A stretch of DNA of 20,000 bases, from assembly GCA_001662655.1 (NCBI GenBank), contig KV460251.1; one strand, written 5' to 3'. The stretch comes from Pseudogymnoascus verrucosus (Eukaryota). The position numbers and the translations under genes were made by a program. The notes beneath the pieces are model-generated. The model saw nothing but the letters and a program-made list of their open reading frames with translations, was not told the DNA's origin and did no database searches. Below, piece by piece: positions 10,773-20,000 of the stretch. Position 1 is the stretch's first letter; every line of letters starts with the position of its first letter.

Positions 10773-13700
10773 ATGCAGCAAGTAATGTCTACCAAGCATG
10801 CCAGAGAGCCTAATCCAGTCGATACAACAGGACTATGTCTACTGTCTCTAGATGGCGGCGGCGTGCGAGGACTTTCAACGCTCTACATATTAAAAAGCAT
10901 TATGGATCGGCTAAATCACGAACGAAAGAAGACTGCTAATCTTCCGCCGGTGAAGCCATGCGAACTATTTGACCTTATTGGAGGTACAAGTACTGGCGGG
11001 TGAGGAGACCTATTTTATAGTAAGCCTCTACTAATGTAATCATAAGATTGATTGCGATTATGCTTGGCCGGCTCGAGATGGACGTGGATGAGTGTATTAC
11101 CGCATATAGTAATCTCGCGGCAGCCATTTTCAGTGAGAAAATAAGTCAGGTCCCAGTTAACATAAAGGGTAAAATAAAGCCGCGGTTCGACTCGGCCAAA
11201 CTGGAAAGTGCGATCCGAAAGGCGGTAGCACAGAGTGGTGTATCCGAGACAGACTTGTTCAATGATGGGACTGAGCGTGGATGTAGAACGTGAGTGCTCT
11301 ACCAAAACAAGAAGATGCAGTTCTAACGATATCAGCTTTGTGTGTACTGCCGACCGCGACACGAAGGACATTGTCCGTCTCCGAAGCTATAGCCTTATTG
11401 ACGAGCCGAATATTCATGCGACGATATGCCAGGCTGCTCTTGCAACATCCGCTGCTACAACATTCTTTGATCCCGTCAGCATTGGGGATCGTGCGTTCGC
11501 TGATGGCGGCCTTGGTGCAAATAATCCAGTGGACGAAGTTGAGGGAGAGGCGTCAAACATCTGGTGTTCGGAAACTGGAGATTTGAAGCCTCTAGTCAAG
11601 TGTTTTATATCAATTGGGACGGGGAACCCCGGCAAGACGGCATTCGAAGATGGCATATTTAAGTTTCTCGGCCAGACTGTGGTGGATATCGCGACCGAGA
11701 CGGAGAATACAGAGAAGAAATTTATAGCCAGGTGGGCGAAGCATTTTGACGAAAGCCGATACTTTCGTTTTAATGTTGATCAGGGTCTGCAGACCATTGG
11801 GCTTGACGAGTACAAGAAGAAGGGCGCGATAGAATCAGCGACAGGAGGGTATCTAACTCACACAGCACAGAAGTTTCAGGTGCGAGATTGTATCCAGAAC
11901 ATGAAGCTAAAGCAGAGTGTGTATAATGAGGACTATTCGTAGCAATTCTAATGAACCATTAGGCTGATAGTCTACAGTTAAAACTGATCCTTCGTTTGCC
12001 GCCTTGATAAGTGTGAGCTAGATGATACTATATTGGCCTATCTTTACTAAAGTTGAGTAGAAATACACCATTCGACAACACTCAGGTATGGCGTGGTAAA
12101 CTTTGAATTATTATTCATGAGGAAATACCTGCTAACTCATTACTTTAGGGAGTGGCGCTACAATCTTTGGAAATGTACATTGGATAGTGCCCCGTCCTGT
12201 CAATGATCTATTCACAGGGCGTATCGAGCTACTGGATCGGATGAAGAAGGCCTTGTCCACTATCAATACTCCTCCTACTGACAAACGGAAGATATTCGTT
12301 ATTACAGGGCTAGGAGGACAAGGAAAGAGCGAAATCTGTCTGCAAGTTGCGAACCTGATGCGGAAGGAGTATGTTCTAATCTTGCCTCTGGTGTTGCTGT
12401 CCTAGCTTACAAGAGCAGATTCTGGGGGATATTCTGGGTCAACGTTGACATGCTTTCCACTGCTACAGATGGCTTTATCACTATTGCAGAAACTCTTGGA
12501 TCCGCGGTCAAAGATGTTCCTAGTGCTCTTCGAGCTCTTGCAAAAGCTGAGCGAAACTGGCTCCTTATTCTCGACAACGCTGACACCCCAGATTTTGACT
12601 ATCAGGTCTACCTTCCATCTGGGACTCACGGTGCTATTATTATAACATCTCGAAATTCTGAATGTAGTCAGTATAATACAGTAGGGGCTGAGGTTATAAA
12701 GGCTCTTAAAGACCAAGATTCTCAAGAGCTTTTATTTAAAGCAGCTAACCTTCCTCAAGATTCATGGTCGTTATACGCTAGTCAAGCTACAGAAATTCTC
12801 CACCTACTAGGATCACATACTCTCGCGCTAATCCAGGCTGGCGCGTATATTGCAAGAGGCCACTGCAAACTACACGAATACCCAAATGAATATCGACGGC
12901 AGCGAAAGCGACTGCTAGAGTTCCGGCCAAAACAAGCACGGTCGACGTATGGCGATGTTTATGCGACCTTCGAGGCATCGGCATATGTGTTAAAGCAGTC
13001 CAAGAGCGAGGCTGCAAGTGACGCTCTGCAATTACTCGGAATTCTTTCAATGCTCGACTCTAGCATCCTCCCTCTCCAACTCTTTCAAAATACATGGGAG
13101 GGATGTAGAAAAGTTCTCCACACTAATCGTATAGAGGAATGTGGTATAGATGTGACTACAAGTCACGTTTTACAATTACCTGCCTTTGTAATGGCAGATG
13201 ATGACGAATGGGATTCTTACCGCCTCACTAAGGCCAGAGATTTATTAGCATCACTTTCTCTGGTTACCCAGCACAATTTAGATGGCTCGCCCGGATTATC
13301 AATGCACCCTTTAATACATGCTTGGGCCAAGGACCGTCAGGACTTAGAGAAGCAAGGCATAACTTGGATATCTACTGGGTGTGTGCTTGCGCTTTCCCGA
13401 TTCAATACTCAATGGCGGACACAAGAGAGGCGACTACTACCACATGTCCAGACTTTTGTGGACATCAGGAATAATAGGGAAGTCTCACTTGGGTCTGAAC
13501 CTATAGTTGTTCCAATTCTTCTTGAATGTGGCTGGATCCTGCTAGACATGCGGCAGGACTCTAAACTTGACGGCCTATTAAAAGATATATTTGTTCAACT
13601 TGGAAAAAAGCCCGATGAACTATCAAAAGAGTTTCTGCCATTATATAACATCCAAGCAAGGAGCTTGGTAAATCTAGGACATTATAAGAAGGCAGTCAAG

Positions 13701-14621
13701 CTGTTAGAGCAGATGGTTGAGGTCGAAGAGGCTACTCTGGCTAAGGATGACCCAGACCGGCTGGCATCGCAGCACGTACTTGCAGAAGCTTATCAGGCAA
13801 ACGGACAGGTGAAAGAGGCAGTCAAGCTACTACAGCAGGTGGTCAAGATCAGAAAGGCTACTCTAGCCGAGAATCATCTAGACCGGCTAGCGTCGCAGCG
13901 CGCACTTGCAATTGCTTATCAGGCCAATGGACAAGTGAAAGAGGCAGTCAAGCTACTACAACAGGTGGTTGACATTGGAGAGGCTACTCTAGCTAAGGAT
14001 GACCCAGACCGACTAGCGTCACAGCACACACTTGCAATTGCTTATCAGGCAAACGGACAGGTAAAAGAGGCAATCAAGCTACTAAAGCAGGTGGTTAAGA
14101 TCGAAGAGGCTACTCTAGCTGAGGATCACCCAGACCGCCTAGCGTCACAGCACGCACTTGCAGGTGCTTATCAGGCGAACGGACAGGTGAAAGAGGCAGC
14201 CAAGCTGCTACAGCAGGTGGTTGAGATTGGAGAGGCTACTCTAGCTAAGGATCACCCAAACCAGCTTGCTTCGCAGCAAGCACTTGCAGTTGCCTATCAA
14301 TCAAACGGACAGGTGAAAGAGGCAGTCAAGCTACTACAGCAGGTGGTTGAGATTGGAGAGGCTACTCTAGCTAAGGATCACCCAAACCAGCTTGATTCGC
14401 AGCAAGCACTTGCGATTGCCTATCAATCGAACGGACAGGTGAAAGAGGCAGTCAAGCTACTACAGCAGGTGGTTAAAATCAGAAAGGCTACTCTGGCTAA
14501 GGATCACCCAAGCCGGCTGAAATCGCAGCACGCACTTGCAATTGCATCACGCCAACGGACAGGTGAAAGAGGGAGCCGAGCTAGAGCACGTGGTCGAGAC
14601 CAGAGAGGCTACTCTAGCTAA
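10773..14621 (+). CDS. Patatin-like phospholipase - NB-ARC - TPR NLR (PLP-1-like architecture), ~1177 aa; exons 10773-10999, 11047-11289, 11336-11916, 11978-12012, 12061-12085, 12149-12368, 12419-14621
   Basis: Patatin motifs DGGGVRG, GTSTG (Ser) and DGG (Asp); Walker A GLGGQGKS; Walker B WLLILDNAD; IIITSRN; SMHPLIHAWA; 42-aa TPR-type repeats. Six GT-AG introns give 3534 nt in one frame. Confidence 0.9.
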
Positions 14622-14648
14622 GGATCACCCAGACCAGCGTCGCAGCAC
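13686..14648 (+). repeat. Tandem array of 126-bp (42-aa) TPR-coding units: 7 near-complete plus 1 degenerate
   Basis: Unit starts at 13686, 13812, 13938, 14064, 14190, 14316, 14442 and 14566. Consensus KEAVKLLQQVVxIxxATLAKDHPDRLASQHALAxAYQANGQV. Confidence 0.95.
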
Positions 14649-14928
14649 TGAGGATCAGACGTTGACTGTTGCGATTCACTGGTTGCTGGAGGTGTCAAAG
14701 GAAATGGAATCTGCCTATCTGGCGGTGTCCCATCAGCAGATGGAGGGACAGTAGGCTTCAAAGCTGAGAATCTCTTCACATCATTCATTGCTCGGTTAGT
14801 GATGAGTTGCGGCGTTGTGTTGCGTTATTGATCCGGGAGCCCGCCAGCTTCGGATTATTGGAGGTCTCTACGGTAACCTTGATCTCTTTTGTGAAGCGAT
14901 TTATCACGTGGGTAAAACAGAGCCACGC

Positions 14929-15412
14929 AGCCTTGCCACATAATGACATAAGCGAGTTCACATCTCAGACGTGGGGGTCAATATACACTAACCGAAAAAC
15001 CACTAGTCGCTTTGGCTTGAGGTATTAATTTCCATGGCAACCATACATGAATTTGCCCCGCACTACCACCACATGGCTGATGACGATCTCCCGCTTGGCT
15101 GTGAGGGTTTAAGAGCTCGGGTACAACCCTCTTATACGTTTTGGGAATAATAAGAGCTTAGTGGTGGAGCTATGGTGGGGGAAGTCTGTTTCGTAACAAA
15201 TGCAAACCCTCTGCAAATCAGTCGCAATAGTGGCAACGCAAACATAATTTTCTTAAAGGAGTGGTCTAGGGTGCTTACGAGTAGCTGTAGAATACGTTTC
15301 ATGCAAAAATGTAAGAGATATCAATAAATGTGTAGAATTTGAGATGCCTAAAGTCAAAGTACCTACCTTTTTTTTCGGCACGGTGGGGTTTTCGCCACTC
15401 AGGGACGGACGT
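14929..15412 (-). repeat. Right terminal inverted repeat (484 bp)
   Basis: Reverse complement of 7471-7954, followed by TA. Confidence 0.95.
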
Positions 15413-15811
15413 TATTTATGCCTAGAACACCTCTTGGGATACTGTTTAAATTGGAGTGTTTCTTTCGATGTCTGTAACCGCTGTCCCGCGATTTGGCTCT
15501 CTCCACTCCGCCACGTACAGAGGTAGTGGTTCGCGTTGGTAGGTACTTACGCCTGGAACTACCCCAACTGGCTCACCGAGAACCCCCTGCAGTACGTACG
15601 TACTCTAAACAATTGAACAATATAAACCACCCATTCCTTCCTATTGCCATCGCTCAGTTCGCGGTCTTCCATCCACAATATCATCCACCTGTCACCACAA
15701 CCATTCCCTCCTATGCTCACCAAAACTAAACCCCCAAGCACAAATACCGCCCGCTAGTTTCACCTCCCGCCTGCCGGCGCATTTGTGCGCAGCAGCGCCT
15801 TTTCGCTCGGA

Positions 15812-16071
15812 ATGTCGACAAACGCCGCTAACGCTCTTCTCGCGGAATCAAGAGCACTCTCAAAGTACGTTGCCGGAGAGAACTAGCCTTAAGACATTAT
15901 ATAGATTGCTTGTGAATAGCACTAACTATAAGCAGTGGTATTAATCCATCGATGCCGCTCGACTTTGGGCCCCCTAATGCCGGTTTACCATTTCCTGATT
16001 TCTCCTTTCTGAAGTCTGGGAAAAGCAGCGACACTTTAGCGCTCGGTTGCCTAGAATTGATTTGGATCTAG
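15812..16071 (+). CDS. Possible small spliced gene or gene relic (~62 aa); exons 15812-15864, 15936-16071
   Basis: ATG, donor GTACGT at 15865, branch ACTAAC and CAG acceptor at 15935 give MSTNAANALLAESRALSNGINPSMPLDFGPP...; no recognisable domain. Confidence 0.25.
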
Positions 16072-16436
16072 ACATGGGGACGCGTGATTCAAGCCTAATA
16101 ATTGGTTCGGAGAGTCCAGCTCCTTGCCCCAATGTTGAAGGTGCATCGGCCAATGTCTGCGCTTTACTCTGCGTCTAAAGGCATCTACCCCTGTATATTG
16201 TGGATGCAGTACGGAGCCTCCGTACCTCTAGACAATCAACCTCTGAACAGCCGATTTACCGTTTCCGTGATTTAGTGTGGTGTTTTTAGATAAAAGCGGC
16301 ATTGGCCTTAGAACCACTCTCACGATACAGCAACTGGTTATCAAGTTTCCATAAACAGGAACTTCAAAGTCGTCTCATTCAGCGACCATCTCTGGCAGAG
16401 ATGCCTAATTCTCTGTGAGCTGCCATCGCTTTTGCT

Positions 16437-16790
16437 GCCAAGACCACCACCAAAACCGTCCCCTGTTGTCAGCCTTCCGCTTCCGTGTTCCCGCTCTTAG
16501 GCCATTGCTGCTTTTACTTTCACTGCCACTGGGCACGTCCATCTCCACCTTCGACGACCGCCGAAGCGGCCTAAGAACGCTTAAAAACGCGAAAATGTTG
16601 GTCGATTTCTGAATCTGCCTGGGGCCTCACAAAAGGCCGCATCCTGTGTCTTTGATTACGACGACGGCTTCATGGAAACGGGGAATGGTTGGTCGATTTC
16701 CGAAATCTGCCTCGAGCCTGTGTATTCGATCACGACAGCGGCTTCCTGGAAACGCGAAACGGTTGGTCGATTGTGATGTCTGCCTCGGGC
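16437..16790 (-). repeat. Cluster 2 of the dispersed repeat module (cores 16639-16680, 16717-16754) plus a 58-bp block 16437-16494
   Basis: Inverted relative to clusters 1 and 3. The 58-bp block matches the reverse complement of 18890-18947 at 53/58. Confidence 0.8.
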
Positions 16791-17376
16791 CTCTCGACTG
16801 TTGTATGGGTGGTGCTACGCTCAACGAACCAGAAAGGGGCGACGTCCAGCAGTAGCAGTCTAATCGGAAGCATCAAAGGTATTGTATTATCTACTGATCT
16901 ATCTGTAACTATTCGCCGAGTTCCCCTGAGAGAACTCAGACTCTAGGCGCTAGACTGAATGAATATATACTCATCTTATAATGTCTCACATATTTCCGAG
17001 CATGTGACCTGTACCCAACTGACACCCGCGGATCGTCAGATGACGGCCAAGGATCAAAAGTTGATTAGAGAAATCGGGTTCAGAGGCAATTCGAGGAGGA
17101 GGGATTTCCTAAGATCGCGGATCAATGGTCGGATTGATGGTTGACTTATCAGAGCAATGAGGACTAATATCTATTTTGTTCTAAACTGTTTCTAGCAGGT
17201 AGATATAGTCTCATCACATCACGTTAGAGGTCTGCGTCGTCCGACTCCCAATGGGCCCGATCATCAGGCCACTTATCATGCCATATACTTCAAGCCCTTT
17301 CTAGTCGTTCTGTAGCAATGTGTTTATAGTATGGTGGCATACCCTCGAATACACTTATTGCGTTACAAGCTTCGAC

Positions 17377-18516
17377 CTACTGACCCTCTGAAATGAGATT
17401 AGTGCAGATCTCTTCAAGTACACGGAATAAGTCGTTGGCATCTGCGGTATGGCGACATGTCGAGGGATCGCATATGCACTGCACCCCGCTATGAAAATCG
17501 GCATGGCGGCTAGGGCGGCCTTCGTCCTCGAGGAGCATCAACTCTGCTACTACTTTGTAGCCCCTGACCCATAGAGATTCCTGGACGTGAAGATGGAGTA
17601 TAGCCTTAAGCACTTCAGCTAGGTTGTTAGTGTGCTTCTTCTTCCTTTCATGATGGTTCCATTCGAGATGCCTCTTCCCTCACGACGCCGCTGTATTTCA
17701 TGGTAGCTTTTTAACGCCCCTAATACGTACCCCACGTTGTACTCCTGGCCTTCTAACACGCCTTGTCGTATTATTTCTCGCTGTCTTGAAGCAAATTGAT
17801 CTAGGATCCATAGTTCCATCCTTATGCCAGTGATAACAACTTTATCAGAGCCATCTTCTAAGCATTCGAGTGCCATAATCGCACCCGCCCAGGCCGCCCA
17901 TGATATTTCCAGAACAACGTGGTCGTATATAGTGTGTAGAGACAAAAGCAATGTGTCATAGTCTTGAGCACCTAATCTGTGGCGAAGGTGTTCCATGAAG
18001 AACCAAGTTTTCTGTACTGAACCTTCTACATATAAGGTGCCTTTCCAAGTAGCTTCAAGAAGCATTAGAGCCACTTTTGGATCTCCTTTTATATGTTCGG
18101 TGATAGCGTCAGCTCCATCGTGATATGTAAGCTCTCCCCTTCTAAATTCTTTAGCGTAGGCAGAGTGGAAAAACACCTTCTTTCTCCTATTAAAGACAGC
18201 CCTAAACACCTTAGATACTTGAGAAAGATTCAAAAGCGTTTTTCGGTCTGAAATTTCGAAAAAAAAAAAAAAAAAAAAACTTATGTCTTTAATTCAGTAG
18301 GTAATAGGGACAAATTGTCAGGGCCACTAATATGTGGCGGCAGGCATTGCTTCTTTAGTAGTAATTTCCCATCCCGGATAGGGCTCTCTATGCACTATTA
18401 GCGCAGGCTGGTATGTAAATAATAATACTATTACCTCCTAGCCTCTTACGTCTCGCCACTACCTTGAGACCAGCCCGATCGTCAGCTTCAGTATCTGATA
18501 CTAAGGTATCTGACAT
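17377..18516 (-). pseudogene. F-box domain gene, disrupted by an in-frame TAA and a poly(T)21 frameshift; introns 18434-18388 and 17683-17619
   Basis: Minus strand reads ...DNLSLLPTELKT*V(polyT)FEISDRKTLLNLSQVSKVFR, an F-box-like pattern (L..LP.E.......L..L..VSK.FR). Stop at 18283-18281; A21 at 18259-18279 shifts the frame. A 65-bp intron joins the 204-aa and 78-aa ORFs in frame. Confidence 0.7.
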
Positions 18517-18671
18517 GTTGTTTGTCGCACTTAGTCCTTCCTTTTGAGGTTTTTGTAATGTAGATTGTTGTATAAGCGCAGTAAAGCCGATGAAGTTGTT
18601 AAGAGTGCGCGGGTCTTTTATACTTCGTTTGCCCTTGAGATTACATGACCTCTAGGCCACAGGGCAGAGCC

Positions 18672-18947
18672 CATTTCTATGAAGCCGCTATCTAGATTAA
18701 AGACACAGAATGCGGTTTTTTGAGAGGCCTAAGGCAGATATCAGAATCATGCACCCCGTTTCCATGAAGCTGCTGTCGTCATCGCGGACACAGGATTCAG
18801 GGTACTTGACCTCTAGAGGTCAAAGCACCGAAGCCAGCCGACCGTCTCCCGTTTCCACGAAGCCGCTGTCATGATCGAAGACACAGGATGCAGGAACAGG
18901 GAAGCAGAAGGCTGACAACGGAGGACGGTTTTGGTGGTGGTCTTGGC
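18672..18947 (+). repeat. Cluster 3 of the dispersed repeat module (cores 18672-18713, 18757-18798, 18850-18891) plus a 58-bp block 18890-18947
   Basis: Three 42-bp cores spaced 85 and 93 bp apart. Confidence 0.8.
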
Positions 18948-19871
18948 GCGAGAGCCACAGCTATTGGAAGCGGAGAGGTAAGGGTAACGGCTATTAGAAA
19001 TGCCGTACTTTAAATGAGAGAATTAAGTTGAATCTATGCCAATCCAGGTTAAAATCCTAGAATACCAATGCTCATTCCCCAAATCACGGCTGGAGTTGGG
19101 TGGAAAAAATGAGGTGGAGGGGGTAAAAGGGTTAGATCGATTGTGGGAAAAGTTGAAAAAAGACTGAAAATCCTAATTGTAAGCAAACTACCTTGCTCTA
19201 ATTTTGAGGTAGCGGGCTGACAAGAATGATAGCAGAATAAATGTCCTTAATAACGTGTGCATATATCGATCGAAAAGATAGCTTTCAAGTCTAGATAGCT
19301 GTGTGAATTGCTGATGCACGAACCCGACGGCTTGTCTCAAAAAGGACGGACTTTTTGTTAGGGATGAATGGAGATGGTGCCGTAGCCTGAAACCTACTGT
19401 GAGACTGCCAAGTAATTACCCGAGAATACAGTATAAATTGGGGCTTATCCCGACCGTAGAATAGGTAGTCGAATTGATCCCGTTGAATCCCTCCAACACT
19501 TTTCGCCCTGACCTACGCATCACGTGCTCACACTTGGATGGTCATCTCCGCAATGGCTTGGCAGTCGGCAATACGTTAGCCGCTCCGTGACGAGGCAGGT
19601 TGATGTGGAGCTAAGTATCTAGCCAGGATAGGGCTAGTGTTTGCATAGGCGTCTTGGCACTACGACAATTAGGCACTTACGCGGAGGATCGAGGCCGTCA
19701 AACAGGATGTACATCATGTTGACAACAGGGTTTCTCCATGTGCATTCGACAATCCGGGGTAATAATATTTAACATTCTGGATTACGATGAGCTCCATCTA
19801 TCATGTGTGTAACCTATCACCTTGATCTATATCCAAAATACATGTCCGCCTACTGACTACTGCACATTAAG

Positions 19872-20000
19872 GCAATATCGACTGAGGAGTCTCTCCATGA
19901 CGCGGTGCTGACAGGCGATGCGGCGATAGTTGAGTTGCTACTCAAAAGGGACGGCGTCGACCCCGACTCGAAGGACAGCAGTGGTCGCACACCGCTTTCG
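19872..20000 (+). CDS. Ankyrin-repeat protein exon, running off the window end
   Basis: After a CTGAC...AAG acceptor: AISTEESLHDAVLTGDAAIVELLLKRDGVDPDSKDSSGRTPLS, a clear ankyrin repeat. Start codon uncertain (possibly ATG 19787). Confidence 0.75.

Larger units (their letters stand above)
7471..15412 (+). mobile_element. 7,942-bp Fot1/pogo (Tc1/mariner superfamily) DNA transposon with long TIRs carrying an NLR cargo gene
   Basis: TA|ACGTCCGTCCCT ... AGGGACGGACGT|TA: 12-bp perfect termini starting ACGT, TA duplication at 7469-7470 and 15413-15414, 484-bp ungapped inverted repeats, internal DD35D transposase. Confidence 0.92.
4500..20000 (+). mobile_element. Putative 5' portion of a Starship-like giant element (boundaries not determined)
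   Basis: Inferred from the captain-like gene followed by typical accessory cargo (patatin NLR, ankyrin, F-box). No terminal direct or inverted repeat could be identified, so both coordinates are approximate. Confidence 0.4.

Noticed and set aside
14807..15028. ORF sharing the peptide DISEFTSQTWGSIYTNRKTTSRFGLRY with ORF 7855-8073
   Set aside because: By-product of the identical TIR block, not evidence of genes.
15591..15604. 14-bp palindrome AGTACGTACGTACT
   Set aside because: Low-complexity (GTAC)n; no supporting context.
18672..18891. CRISPR-like repeat-spacer appearance
   Set aside because: Eukaryotic context, degenerate repeats, spacers partly homologous to other clusters, and no cas genes.
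19650..19800. Possible kinase-like relic upstream of the last ankyrin exon
   Set aside because: Requires several frameshifts, and the motifs are too weak to support.

Overview
Filamentous-ascomycete DNA (short GT-AG introns with CTAAC branch points) from an accessory, mobile-element-rich region. In order: the 3' part of a HeLo-like/ankyrin gene; an intronless orphan with a PARP-type zinc-finger-like motif; a 6-exon DUF3435 tyrosine recombinase (Starship 'captain'-like); then, about 350 bp downstream, a 7,942-bp Fot1/pogo-type (DD35D) DNA transposon (7471-15412). That transposon has 484-bp terminal inverted repeats and a TA target duplication, and encloses an intact transposase plus a 7-exon patatin-NB-ARC-TPR NLR gene as cargo. 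Further right are an F-box pseudogene bracketed by inverted copies of an unexplained repeat module (also found upstream of the captain) and part of another ankyrin gene. The main result is the long-TIR pogo transposon carrying an immune-receptor-like gene, probably nested in a Starship. All alignments, counts and gene models were done by eye and need computational confirmation.
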